From Trichoplax adhaerens (Eukaryota; Animalia; Placozoa), in NCBI RefSeq assembly GCF_000150275.1, contig NW_002060954.1, forward strand, positions 1,116,001-1,180,000: 64,000 bases of DNA. Reading direction: 5' to 3'. The notes below the pieces were generated by a model that worked only from the letters and a program-made list of their open reading frames with translations, had not been told where the DNA came from and did no database searches. Numbering within the stretch: position 1 is the stretch's first letter; every line of letters begins with the position of its first letter. Shown one piece after another: positions 11,509-26,350 of this stretch. The translations under genes and the position numbers were made by a program.

Positions 11509-14500
11509 ATGACGGCTAGTGCTACGCTTGCGACAAAGAGAGTGACAAGATCGTCATATAAGAAGCGTTATAACAATTCCGAAGAGAACGATGAGCATCT
11601 AGACAATCAAAATGGAAATACTGGTAAAATTGACGAGATAAGTAATGATGAAGAAGAATTTGATTATTCATACGAGGCACAAGAAGAATTTGAAGAGCCG
11701 CCATTACATGTATCGATAAGTACTTACGTCAGCTATACGCTGCTGATAATGCTTGCATACTTAAAAGATATCTTAGTCAGGTATGGAATCTTGACTTTTG
11801 GTAGCAATCTACGCAGATCCAAGATGGAGGTCAGTATAATATGCTTTCGATAGGATTCTTGAACTTGGATATCTATCAGTCATATGTAAATGTACAGTAT
11901 TACAAGATAGAGAGTTGTAGTACTTTCATGATAGCTACAGTAGTTGCTTATTACCGTAGCACAGTAGCTCTGGACATTTGGAATAATATTTCAATAAAGT
12001 TGTACACTGAATTGCAATATTGTTGATTGTACAGTACAGTCAATTTATCACATCCTATGTCACAAATGAAAATGAAACGTTAGACTAGGTTAAATATAGC
12101 AGCCAAACAGCTCATAAGAGAGTATGATATCAAAAAAAAAAATAGATATACTGTATGTGTAGGAGATTTAGCTTGGACGAGTACCTAGAGATATTTCACT
12201 AAAGTCACTTTTAATTCTTGGCCCATTTTAAATGAAGTTTGTAATTCCTACCAAGACAATACGTTACTGAAACATACTCATAATAGGATGCAACCACAGA
12301 TATACGTATAAAGCTTATAGGCCTTTGCGATTTTTCTACAACAAAGAGATAGGCGTTGACAGTAATTTAGTCTTTACACACACTTTAATCTAAATTAATC
12401 GTAACAAGTGTAATTATACTCGTAATTATTAAACTCTACAGTGGAATATAGTACTGTACTGTACAGCAATACCGATATATTCGATTTTCCTCAACGTATA
12501 AAAACATAACTAAGCAAATTTACAATATTTGGTGTACTGTATTTATTATTGCATTTGTAGTACTGTTCGTAGTAAACTTTTTAAATAGATAGTATGCATT
12601 CAGCCATGCCGTTAATAGATGTACTCGATGTTGTTATGATATATACAGTAGACACAACATTGTATTGTCTAAAAATGTATCATGTACTATCTCGGTATGT
12701 TACTTGCTTTGGCACCCTACTGTAATTCACTCCTACTTCCTTACCAATTTCGACCATTGCATAAGAAACCTTCGTTGTGTACATTACAGTACTTATATTC
12801 CGCAATTGAAATACAGTAAAAACTACGATAGATAACTGATAAAAGCAAGTAATTTGTAACATTAAATATATTGGATTAATTATTAGACGTGATTGACGTT
12901 TTGATTTACTATTTATGATCCCGGGAATATAGGATTTTGTGCCTCTATACTCTAACTTTGAAGCTCTGTTTACCCGATTTATTTATATGCGTATCCGAGA
13001 TTGTTGGAATCGACCAATTGCTAGCGTTCCAGGTGCCGAGTTTGATGTTTTAGAAAGATATTCCACTGATAATAATTGGACATTTCAGTAAGTAAATCAA
13101 AATTAGAATCCATAAACAGATATCTCCGTGGAGACTAGTGATTAACTCTTTCTTTTAAACCAGTTCTGCAGATTTTAGTCGATTTCATATTAGTCATATT
13201 AGTTACTATCGTAATAATTAATCGAATTTACAGTTGTCTTTTTCTCGTGTTATTACGACACTGATAAGTCAGTGCTAATATAATAATAGGCTCAACAATC
13301 TAATTATAATCACTATTAGGTATACTGGGCGGACAAAGCGTTGCTTAAATCTTAGTTCTTATAACTATCTTGGGTTCGCCGAAAAAAGTGGACCATGTAC
13401 AGATGCAGTTGAAACAGCCATTGAAAAATATGGCCTATCTACTTGTGCATCACGCCTCGACTTTGGTAAAGGATAATTATAATCTACACGGACTAGTTAT
13501 AGCTTAAGTGATAATCTTATCTATCTAAAGCTACTATGTGTCAAACTACATGATCTTAAAATACTGTTGCTTTACTACTAACATTTTCGTAAATCGAATA
13601 ACTTACGGATGTAATAGATATTATATATTAATTGTAAAATATTTATTTCTATACTTTAGGCATTTTGGACGTTCACAAGCAGCTTGAGGAAAGAATGGCT
13701 GAATTTGTTGGAAAGGAAGCAGCACTAGCTTTTGGTATGGGTTTTGCTGTTAACTCTACTTGTATTCCCGCATTAGTTGGCAAGGGATGCATGATTATAA
13801 GTGACGAATTAAATCACGCTTCAATTGTAACTGGCGCTCGCTTATCTGGTGCTAAAGTTAGCGTATATCGTCATAATGATATGGAAAACCTAGAAAAGAT
13901 TTTACGTCAAGCCGTCATCAGTGGACAACCAAGAACCCATCGACCTTGGAAAAAATTATTAATTATTGTTGAAGGAATTTATAGGTGAATAAAGTCTTAA
14001 AGTCTTAAATTTTTTAAATCTAAAAGAGTTTTGGGTTCACCAATAAATGTATATTTGCGATATATTCATCGTGATCGTAACTAAGTGCTTTTACTTTAGT
14101 ATGGAAGGGTCTATAATCAAGCTGCCTGAGGTGATTCGCTTAAAAAAAAAGTATGGCGCTTATCTTTTTATTGACGAAGCACATAGTATTGGTGCGCTAG
14201 GACGTACTGGTCGGGGAGTATGCGAACATTGTAGTGTAGATCCAAATGACGTGGATATCTTAATGGGAACCTTTACTAAGAGCTTTGGTGCATGTGGAGG
14301 ATATATTGCATCATCTAAAGTAATACACGCTAAATCTAGTCATTTTGTGAGATATGGATGTCAATAGGGTAGCTTTAATTAATTTTCTTTTCAGGATGTC
14401 ATTGACCATTTGCGTGCCAACTCTCATTCTTCTGCCTATTCGGCAACTATGTCTGCTCCAATAGCACGGCAGACCTTGTCTGCTCTTTCTATTATTATGA

Positions 14501-15160
14501 ATAAAGATGGAACTTCAGATGGTATCAAAAAGATTTACTTTTTGGAATGAATTATAGTTGAATTGTTAGATAATTGTAATAAAGTAGTATTCGTATTCAC
14601 GAGTATTGTATTAAACTATGATTAATTTTAGGAAAAAACAGATTGAGAAGATTAGCTTGGAATTGCCGGTACTTTATTTTTACTGCATTACATTACTTAT
14701 CAACATGCGTTGGTGCATTCTGTCAAACATGTTGCATTATTGTTATATCACGATTAATTAATGAGTATTCTATCTACTGTCTTATCTAAAAAGCTATTTT
14801 AGGAAGCGCCTAAGGGAGATGGGCTTTATGGTTTTTGGAAATAATTCTTCTCCAGTAGTTCCATTGCTTTTATTTATGCCGGGAAAGATAGCTGAGCTTA
14901 GTCGTCGATGTCTTCAAGAAAATCTTGCTGTTGTTGTAGTTGGCTATCCAGCGACCCCATTAAATTCGGGGAGAGTTCGATTTTGTCTGTCAGCTGCTCA
15001 TACTAAAGAAATGTTGGACGATGTAATATATTTAATTTCAAATTTTAGTAAAATAAATTTCTGGTGTCTAACACTGTTGTATTGATATTTTTGTATCATG
15101 TAGGCGTTGGAGAAAATCAGCAATATTGGAGACTTATTACAGTTAAAGTACAATAAATGA
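11509..15160 (+). CDS. SPTLC2: Serine palmitoyltransferase catalytic subunit (LCB2/SPTLC2-3 family), 9 exons (first 11509-11829, last 15104-15160)
   Basis: EEFEEPP...[16 protein letters not shown]...[64 protein letters not shown] and the PLP-lysine motif MGTFTKSFG, then [12 protein letters not shown]. Stop TGA at 15158-15160. Confidence 0.95.
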
Positions 15161-17495
15161 TTACAGTTATAGTATACAACTTTTGAAATATTGCTGCGCG
15201 ATTTTCGAATTTTTTTTGTTACGTAGAAATGTTTTTATAAATCTGTAAATATCAACTGCTTATTTACACATCAGTAGACTAGATACGTCTAGTTATGGTG
15301 TCCTATATCGATTTTTGATGTTATATCCGTTATTTTTAGATTCTGGAAAGGGAGATCGTCTGGCTTCTTAGTTAATTGTTAGTAATTTTAGCCACAACGT
15401 AATTAAGCATACAATGGCCGTGTGGGCAAGTGACTTATCTATATCAATTTAATGGTATTTCATCTGTTTACCGTATCTGGTTTTGGTGCATTAAATTATA
15501 ATGCGATGATACTTACAATATCTCCCATAAGAAATTGTGCATAATTATAATTAAATGGTTTAAATACCGTTATGACAGCCTGTTACTACTGCGCTATACT
15601 TGCTTATATACAGTGGTACGCTGCTCAATGCTGCATGGATGGAGTTAGATATTACATGGGAATTAATCATTTTTTTTTAGGCTAATGGTGCGCACTATTG
15701 AAGCTCCTCTATCGGATTATCTAGATATCTACCGCTAAGGTTGCTGTTATGTTTTAAAAGTTTCAAAAATGCTGCATTGATACAGTTCATCCTTTAATGG
15801 GCTGCAGGGCTGGTGTAGTGCTTATGTATACATAGTATACTCGTATCAGATAGCAGTTTAGATTATATATGTAAAATATAATGTATTTAAATTGTTGCAC
15901 CCACACGATGTATAACGATAAAGAGGCAGTTGCTGTAAATTTACTTACTACTTATTAATGCACGGTACTGCATACTGTAGTTGTAGATATTGGTATTGCA
16001 GTAACACTCTGCCCGGTTTTCCAAATTTTATAAAGATACTATACTGATTTGAAGTATAGATTTAGTGTACGTAGCCTTACTTGCATCCTACACTATAAAA
16101 TGAATATGCAACATTAATTTGGTATAATACTACCTTCGAGTGATAGTTACCGTTCACTGCACATTACAGCTATGCGCATGTTAAATATTTTATACGGATG
16201 TCTCTAACATAATTTCTAGGATAAGAAGTTGAAATTACATAAATAAACATTGCAATCTAACGGATTGATATCATTAACACAAAAGAGAACGATTACAGTA
16301 TAAGTATCTCATGTACGATCTGGTTTTAAGGTACTGTACAGTATAAGTAAGTAGTAGCAGGTACTGTAGCAAGTAGAATTACTCCAAGACTTGGTGCTAG
16401 ATGGGTAATATACAGAGAAATTGCGACAGTGTTTAATTAATTATTATGCAGTCTGCAGTAATGCGAAATAAAATAATCGACAACCCTGTGTTTCCTTAAC
16501 AGCTTCTATCAGTTAATGAAGGAGTTACGCTTTTTATTCTTATCACTGATAAATGGCACGTGATATGCCATATTTATATGAAGAGTTATTACCAGTTCCA
16601 TATACGTAGAACTAGGAAGGTCCGTATTGTAAATTTTTATGCAGTGAGACATGCAAAGGCTGTTTACTAAGTCTTTCATTTGAAAATGTTTTAATACGAG
16701 TTTAAAGTACAACGAGAACCTTCTTTTACTCATATCTCTATAGTTAGCTACACATATACGGTTACCAAAAGAAAGCGACTGAAATAAAATGTTGTAATAA
16801 TTACGACTTGCCAAGATACGAGTACAATGTAAAAGTAAGGGTCCTCTTTTTAAATTGCAAATCGTACTCGGGTGATCTAATACACATATAGCAACTAGAT
16901 TCTGACAGTCAGTTATCGACCATCACTTCATCAGTGAAAGATCAAAATTATTATTGAAGATAATGCAATATTCTATAACTAAACCATCAGGTTCATCGAG
17001 CATAGACGGAAGATGTTCCAATTTTATAATTTCATTTTATTAACCTGGCACACCATAATTAACTCTTTTAATTAAGAAGAAAATAAACGTGATAAAATTC
17101 TACTTAATCTTTATTCAAAGTTAGGTTACAAATTAACGCTATTTTCTGATGAGAACTAGAATACTAATATTCAAGCCATTAATTGTTGGACCCTCAGGAA
17201 TACAATTGATGGATGATTTAAGGGTACTCATTCAGTTAGGCAGCACTTATAGCTTATAATATAACATGCTACACTTTCGACAATACGTAAAAATGAAAGA
17301 AAGGAAACGGTTAATTCAATATCTTAAATGCTATTGCTTGCTCTTTACAAATAAGTACTCTTAGTCATTTTCTTCTTTCCATAGTGGAGGTTATGGATTA
17401 GACCAATTAATTATAATTACCATAAATTAAAAGTAAACCCTATTAATTAATATTTATTTTAATAATTTTAATTGCTATCTTGAAAAATTTGCTGT

Positions 17496-20400
17496 TTATT
17501 GACTTGGACTTGCATCCAATCCTTCAGACATATTATCAATAATCACTCCGTATAGTCTCGCCCAAGATGTCTTAATTTCTGGCGTAAATCTCTCGCCCAA
17601 ACCTTGTTCTAATGTGTGTAGCAACGCATCACCAACCGGCTATTTCAAAAATGCAATCAATCGTAAATTTTACTTGCATTAATAATTCAACAAAAATGTA
17701 CTGCTAGTTGATAATTATCTTTAGATAATATAATTTCAGCGTAGTAAAAAAGTGCACGTTTACCCATCTGTTAATCAAATGTTACGCACAACATGGATAT
17801 TTAAAAAACGTACATGATGATTTTATAAGAGAGTTTTAGAGATGATTTGGCTAAGAATATTATTTATTATTGATCATGGTCTAGACTTGTATGGGCAAGA
17901 TAAGATTTGTTACAGTAAAAGCATTCTGTAACTAATCGTATATAAATCGTGAATTTTGCTGTAATAAGTAGATTGTCAGATAGTCAGATAGTCCTTGGTA
18001 GTTGGACGAACCTAACTTCAGTAATAAAGTGAAATTTGCGAGAAACTGTAGTTCTTGAATTATTGTTTTGAAGATCACTTTATCACAAGACTCATATCCG
18101 ATTTTACATTAAATATTCTTCATTGTATTTATATAATAGCGTCGTGATTAGTTAGTCAGAAATAGCTAGCAAATGATCATCTTACCGTCATGATGATATT
18201 TACCTTAAGTATTTGTTAAACTAAATATGCGTTCATACAATAAAGTACCCGATACTTGTCAGCTATCAGTTAATTCATGGCTACTTCTTTTTCACTCGCG
18301 CAAAATGTTTTTGTAGTATCGTAATCGCTACAGCATTTTCTATAATACTCCCATTCCCTTATTTGTATGTAGTGTAATGTAGATACGGTATTAGGTTACT
18401 ATCTTATCCATAGATATATTTCTTGTACTGAAGGAACTTTGCACGTTTCGGATTTTCTTAGAAGCCCCTGCATTTGCGTTATATACTGTACTGTATAAAA
18501 TGTATATGCATCTTCAGTATTGTAAAGTAGGTGAGATTTAGTTGTTAATTCTCGCGAATGCTTATAAGTTATAACCGGAGATGTATAAATTTGTAGGAAC
18601 CTGTTATTCCTCCTTCACCTTTAAATAAAGTATTCATGTGATCTACAGCGGCACCTACCGTAGTGAAGACCGATACATTCGGGCTCGTAAGCTCGATGGT
18701 AACGACTTCACAATTGTATTAATGCTACATACATAACAGTAGGCTCTACTATATTCTGAGAATACCGCCTTTCGTCAAACGATAACATAAAATTATTCCA
18801 TTTATTCTGTTGTATATATACTAATACTAGATGATCAATACAAAACGCATATCTAAAATTCTGAAATTCTCAATCCAATCTATATAACCAAATTTTTAAG
18901 TCTAGAACAGTAATTTACGTTTCCTATATTAGATAGAAATTACTACATATTATGATTACCTTAAAGTATTCTTTCTTCACGTTGTATTGAGCATGAGATG
19001 ATCCTAACTGCTTCAGTAATACTGTCAAAGCTGGAAGATTATCGATACCCTTAACTGCGTGATCAATAGTTTCCATAACGCGTGTTGTATGAAATACAAA
19101 ATTTTCATTGGTTGCTAGTTGGTCATGAGGTACGTCTTTTATCTTTTCAAATAAACGTTGAACATCGGGATGTTGTTCAAAAAGCCTAGTGACGATACCA
19201 AGAAAAACAGATATTATTAGATGATGGCCTTATCGTACATAACATGTAAATAGGGCAAGTGATGGTCGTAATTTATTATACCATATGTAGCTATATTGAA
19301 TTCTATCTGTAAACTGCGTAGCATAGTTATTGGTAAGAATTTGTTTTGATTATTGGATAATTATTACGTACTTTATTAAAGAAACGATAGTGTACAATAT
19401 TGCTCGCTTAAATTTTACCCTCATCTAGTTTTATTACCTAATCGTGTAACTTTTCGATTTGGAGATAAAGATAATATTTGAGTGATACTATACTAATAAT
19501 GATATAAATACGATGAAATACTGTTAAACATTTCTCGTTAGGGCCCAGGTGAGGCGGAAATAGCAACCGGGTTAACAGAGTAGAGCTCAGGATGTGACAT
19601 ATTCTATAGTACAGCTAAAACAGCCATAATAAAATTCACAAAGCTATCTAACTTTACGTAGCGTAATTATTGTTCAAATAATAACTATTGAGAGAGAAGT
19701 ACTGTAATCTAGGTGAAGAAGTTGAGCAAGCTACGAAACATTTTCAGGAGCAGAATATCATGATTTGTAAACTGGATGGTGAATGTTGTAACATTATGAT
19801 CTTATATAGAAGATGTCTAGTATAGTAATATCCTAATATACGAATACTTATCATATACCATTTAAGTACTGTATTGCATTACATTCATAATGTACGGCAT
19901 CATGGCGACATATAGACGACATGCTATACATATAAAGACATTATCTCAATCTCATCTAAAGCCTATAAATACCCTTGTAAGCTAACTCGTTAGTTAGTTC
20001 CTACGTTCCTGCTATCTCAAATACCTTATCTATAACAACCATATCATTGTTAGCCTATAACTTGTATCTCAATAAAATCCTTTATACCTTCTATCATCGT
20101 CTACCTTAAAATACTTTACGCTACTTAAAGAAGATATTATTACAAATGTTAACACCTAAGTACAGCCTACTATGTATAAAATTAAATTAATAGCAGCAAA
20201 TATTGCATTAGCCTCAATTAAAGACCTTACATAGAGCGAAAGGTTGGAAACGTGATAATCATACGACTAATTATATATAATCATTAATTAGAATACACCT
20301 GTAATATCAGATTCATATACAGTATATGTGTTACGGCTATTCTTTAGATTCTGTCTAAATCTTATTATCTAAGCAACAACTGGACAAAGGACATTAGCAC

Positions 20401-22327
20401 TAAGGCTGGCCGTTTATCAATGTGCAATCTTATTATACACATTGTATAGCTTTTAAATCATCATCATACTTAAAAATTTACAAAAATTTCTGTAAGTAGA
20501 TGTTACAGTTACCATCTTCAGACTCTTACTCTTTGAAGCTACGGTACTATTTCATTTGTTACATTTATGTATCTCCTGAACTATATATATGCAATATATA
20601 TAATTTGAGTGAAGATGAAAATAGTTCTGAAATTAATATCTATCTGCCTAATGTGTCTATGCTATACATCTATATAATTTTTGAATGGTTTTATAACTTT
20701 CAAAATAGCTTTACCTTTAAATCAACAGTAGTAATTGTGCAGTAATGTAAGGTTAGATTTGTAAGTTTGGGTTAAAACAGCTTAATCACCTGACATTTAT
20801 AGTTTACTGTGAATTTAGCGTACTATGTTAATTTGTAATCCCGTACAAAAGCTAGAAAAGTATTTGTAGGGGTTTATTAATGGTTAATAAACATTCCTAT
20901 GATTTTAGGGAAGTGCTTGTATCGTACAGTACCACATTTTATGAAATTAATCAATTGATCTATCCGAACTCGTTCAAAAGATGGTTTTATAAGATTGGAT
21001 ACGGCAAGTTCAGTTTTACGATTCATTAATATAAGAAAATGCATACAGCGGATAACAATTAAGAAGGAATTTAAATATTTGATAGAGCAATTAATATTTT
21101 TTTCTATTGTTTTCTGGCCGCTTATTCCATATCATACAGTTCAATCATTTTGATTACAAAGTACTAAACATTTATCTAGTCAATATGGTATAGTATCAGG
21201 AATGGCTTATCTTCATTGATTAAATTACTAGATAGTGTAGAGATATCTAATTACAGCTAGCTATCCTACGGTCCGATTCGAATTTGCAGCAACTGAGCAG
21301 CCTTATTAATAGTAACCTAAATTAGGTATTGCTAAAAAAGGTGTACACTCACAGTAATATACGGTATACAGCATACTATAAAGTGAGGGCCTTAGTATAC
21401 AGTACAGTGTAGGCATAAGTCTTAAAATGTGCACTAGTAAGTTAAAATATTCATATAATGTTAGCGTTGTATTATCAACAAATACTTTTCCATAGATTAT
21501 TTTCAAGATATGGGTAATTTTCTAGTCATACGTGTGACGCCACAAGGTAAAAACCCTTACAGGAGGCTATAAAAATATCATAAATTACATTTATACTATT
21601 CTTGAGTGTTGAGATTTTATCCACCGTCTACTGATTGGCATAGAGATCAAACAATGAAATAAGACGGCAAGAAATCAGGGCTTAGACCTAAAGTAATCGC
21701 AATTTATACCTTGAATACTGCTACATAAATAACTGCCAGGCTTATAAAGAGCTCATGTCATTAGATAACTTGACCACTATGATATAAACTGAAATATATC
21801 ATCGTAAAGTCATAGTTCAATTAAGTTAATTTACTAGAGGTATATACAACTACTATACCAGAGGACTGCATGCAAGTATACTGATAATAGAATATATTCG
21901 TAGTGCACGGTTAAATCAGGCACTATTATAGTTATCTTGATGTATTTCTGTTATAAATATTAAGAAATTGTGTATAATATTTCCGGAAACGACAGAAGAT
22001 TTGTTGAAAATCACTGTAGTTGAAATCGTCATGAGCTGGTTATGATGCATAATCATCAATTTGACTAGGAGAACGCCAATGTGCTGTGCTTTCGTAATTT
22101 ACGTAAAAATCTGAAATATTAAAATACTATACTTGTACGTACCTCAAGAATAAAACTGTACCATGTTTTTTCAAGTCTGGAGCTACTAAAGCCCAAGTTT
22201 CCCTTATCGTTTGCAAATCCTGAGCAGTAGGAGCCATTTTAGTGTTAGTTTGATCCTGATTTTGTAGTGGTTGTGGCTTATTCACATCGTTCGTAACTGT
22301 TGTTTGCTTAGATGATGAGCACCCCAT
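17496..22327 (-). CDS. Neuroglobin-like globin with N-terminal myristoylation/palmitoylation motif (184 aa); exons 22327-22143, 19185-18960, 17639-17496
   Basis: MGCSSSK...IRETWALVAPDLKKHGTVLFLR/LFEQHPDVQRLFEKIKDVPHDQLATNENFVFHTTRVMETIDHAVKGIDNLPALTVLLKQLGSSHAQYNVKKEYFK/PVGDALLHTLEQGLGERFTPEIKTSWARLYGVIIDNMSEGLDASPSQ*. Has A12 Trp, C2 Pro, CD1 Phe, distal E7 His and proximal F8 His. Introns are at the canonical B12.2 and G7.0 positions. Confidence 0.93.
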
Positions 22328-25300
22328 TATCTTAATTGACAGATATGAGAAACAATATTATAATTAATTATAATTAGAGTAATCATAAATAATAATAATA
22401 ATAATAAAGGAAGAGAAGTGGGATAGGGGCGGAGAATGAATATAAATGGATACATTTTGTGCCTTTAAATTACTAGACTCTAGTATAGCATCAATGATTT
22501 GATTCACTTTTTTGTGTTATCTTACGGAGCTAATAGCTCCTACGAAGCAATTAACGCTTCATATTAATTTAACTTTATTAATTGCTAATATTGTTTGCCT
22601 CACAAGCAGGCAAACAAACACAATCAATATAGTTTGTTAATTAATATATAGTATAGCATCGGGTGCTATGATAGTGTAGTATGAGTATACTACTGTATAG
22701 CTCACTATAGCGCTTGGACGCTATTCGTATGTATGCACATACACTAGCGATGACCGAGCGAGAGTATATCAGTAGCTGCAGTTGCTGTTTAATTGACTGT
22801 ACTCGGTGCTGAGCTAGTCTTAGATGTCAAAACCTAACTTTCAATAAAAACAATTTAAAACTACTCCTGTTGTAGGAATTGCCTAATCTGTTGCAGACTA
22901 GCTATACTGTGCGGTAGTATCGATCTAAACTTTTAAGTTTAGTAACTTACAGTTAATTACAGGGTGATTGTGACATCGATAAAGCGCTAGCTTTGTAAAA
23001 TATAGATATACATCTTCAACGGAGCGTATGCGTATAATAAATCTATGCCTGAACTTTCTTCAAAATTTTAATACTAGCCATAACGTCAAAATATTCAATT
23101 TGAAATGCTAATTTCAAAATACTATGCTTGATTGTGGTGTGTTTTGAAAGGAGATCATAGGTTAATACAGTAAAGTTTGTTGATTCCTGGAATGACCAAA
23201 CAGAGGTTCTCTATTAAATACGCGTGTGCGAACCCGCTCCAGTACTATTTTAAAATATCAAGTTGGGTAATGTAGGTCCTAACAAGCTTCACTGGTGCAA
23301 TAAATGTAGACACTTATTATGATAGATACAAGTGATAACTCATTAAGATCGATAGATAGGAAAATTTATATAGATATCATTTATAACATACTCGTATGAT
23401 GAACTGTGGTGCCAATCATGCAGTAGTTCATATAGGTAAACGACACTGTTGTCATTAGCGTTATTCTCTAGAAAGCATGTTTCATAAATAATAATTTGAA
23501 CTTGTTATATTGAGAGAGAAGCACCGACTATTTAATGGTTCTATGATATACAATATAATCACACTGAAGATTTTAATTCTTGTATTTAAATTAAACTGAT
23601 ATATTTAAGGAACGAACGTTATCTACTTAATGTAATCATATAATTAATATAAATTACCTATTAGAATAACTGGCATTTTGCAGAGCGTGATAACACATCT
23701 ACCATATGTAGCTTTGACGATACAGCATACAAAGCACATGCATAGTTTTGTATATCTCCGTCAGCATAGTATAAGCCGTTAGATAATCTCAATTTCATCA
23801 GGGGCAATAGTGTTAGGTAACGTTTTCTGGTGTCTAATAAAATTATTTAAAATAGCGCTGAAACAAAACCAGCTTACTGCCATTACGGTTCCTTAACTAT
23901 ATTGATTTGAGTGATATATTAAAATGGATTTATTGAATGATAATTTATGGCAAACTTATCATGGTTAATAAAAGATGTAGTCATTCAGTAGCATATAGTT
24001 CTAATTGCAGTTTTATAGTATGGATGTATAAATAATTTTTGTACGATTTACACTTTTTTAATGATCATTTAATCTTGCTTACCTTGATAAAGAAAATTCG
24101 GTACGGATAAAATGTACTGTGTAGGCTCTATATCGTATTGTATATAGTTGTCAACAAGTATACTTACCGTTTACGCAAAATAAATTTGGATCGATCTCAA
24201 CTGTTACTAAGTAGATGACAATAGTATCTGATTAATTGCGAACTCATTATTATTCGCTATGTAACAATAGAAACATGAATAAAATTGTTTATTGCATTAA
24301 TTTAAATATCACAATTCATCTGCGTTTTTTATTCTTACTTCTGTTATAATTATATTATTGATATTGGCTAATTGAAAGAGTACAGTATCAAAATAATAGT
24401 TTTTGTGATATTTTCTTTAGTAATATTGAACGTTACGATTATCAATAAATGCCTACAGATATACGAATCAGTGATGCCAAAGCATTATTATTTGCGTAAC
24501 TATAGATAAGGGTAAATATTGATAAAATAGTATTACCGGGTAAGCGTCCCCTTAAAATTTTTAGACTGTTTCTTCTAAAAGAGGTGGCGCTTACCCTGTA
24601 CTTTACTGTATATACAGTATACTGCAGTTCGCTTTTAATATCAGTAGAATTGATTATGTTTAATTACAATGTTTTGACGCAAATGTGTAAATAAATTATT
24701 GATTACGACATAATATTTATGGTAATGGTGTTAGCTGTGCATGGAGACAGTTTTATCTAGATATTTTTAAAAGAAGTTTACGAGGTATAAGGAAGTTACG
24801 ATGCCTTAAATATGGAATGACGCCAATGCGTCCTTAAATTTCTAGATTGCTATTTTAAAAGATTTCTGCTTATAAATAGCGATAGGGTCATACATTTAAT
24901 TAATTGTAGATAGATGGTAGAGTTTGAATGAGGAGATTGAATATCAAAAGTATGATTTGTGCGTACAGTCTTCATACTTACAGCCTAGCTTAACTTACCA
25001 TAATCATACAAAAACTTTTAACTATGTCCAAACAGTTTGTCGTACAACTAATACAGATACGCTCCGTATATTTCTATAGGTACTATAAAATATTTCTACC
25101 TTATCCTACTTTAATACGAAGGTATAATGTGTCTCTTTCGCCTTTATGGCATACACAATATAATTTACGAATCCCTAATGGAGATAAAACACATATACGC
25201 GCATATCCTACAGACTTCCGCGGAGGAGATGGTGACAGTACTTCAACCTTTTCATATAAACGTTCATTAATTAACTACTTAAAATACGCATAGCAATATA

Positions 25301-26167
25301 CGCGTCGCATAGCTTTACAAGAGGACGATATTTCAGGCTCTAAGGATAAACTCGATTAGCGGGCTAGCTGATGCGCATATTGTTATATCCTATATTTACT
25401 ACCGACCACATATTATTTATATTTTATACTTAATTCGATTATTATCGAAGCTCGAATGACATTAGTAAATCTCCAAAATTTCATTATATGCCCGATTCTC
25501 TGTTTGCATTAAATCATAATTAAATTTTTACATGACTTTCAATTACATAAAACAACATTATAATAGCAAAGATTAATTGTTTAACTGTAAATACTGTACC
25601 ACACAGCCATTATTATCATATATATTAATTAGATCATACTATTATAGCACTACAGTATCATATTCTGCTCACGGTCAGTATCTGGACTCTTTTCGTATAA
25701 TTTGTACGTGTACATTCGATATGTAATAAGATAACATCCAATAAAGCTAACTTAGCATTACCCACGAATAAAATTAAGTGCCCGCGTGTCGTACAATATA
25801 GCTCTAGATGATACGCGTATGTACGATACGTTAAGTATCAAGAAGAGAAGCTGTTAAATTTTAATACCGTTCAAATTTTGTCTCGACTTCCGGTAAAGAA
25901 TAGTCAACCATCTAGAAATAAATTTGATACACAAAAAGAGCATTAGTCATGATGACTGTTATCCAACATCGCAACGGCAATAACTTTATCAATAGTACCT
26001 TCCTCTCATTAAAGTGATTGTACGTGTACAATGTAAGCGTATATTTGCTAATATCGATTTACAATTTGATTTATAATAAAAGTAGATCAAATCATAACCT
26101 AAGTCAACAAAAGCTTGTTTATTAGGCTAATATTTTTACATCGAGTTCAAAGTAAGGCTTCAATAGC

Positions 26168-26350
26168 ATCTTTGCTATAGGGTTCCTATAGGGTTCCTAT
26201 ATCTTTACTATAGCATTAGCATACATTTACTGTAAGATTATTACTGTATGTCTTTACTATAGGAATACTATGCCCTAGCTATAGGGTGATTACTTGTATG
26301 CCTTTCGCGTAGAATTATTTTAGGACATCTTTAGCGTAAGATTACCACGT
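26168..26350. repeat. Degenerate minisatellite, about 7 units of ~22-30 nt, core like RTCTTTRCTRTAGG
   Basis: catctttgctatagggtt / tatctttactatagcatt / acatttactgtaagatt / tgtctttactataggaat / tgccctagctatagggt / tgcctttcgcgtagaatt / catctttagcgtaagatt. Confidence 0.55.

Noticed and set aside
23137-23170. U6atac-like GTGTTTTGAAAGGAGA...GGTTA
   Set aside because: Lacks the invariant AGC catalytic triad (reads GGTTAAT) and the downstream U6atac sequence.
24801-24830. ATGCCTTAAA resembling the U12 snRNA 5' end
   Set aside because: The branch-site-pairing GUAAGGA and the Sm site do not follow.
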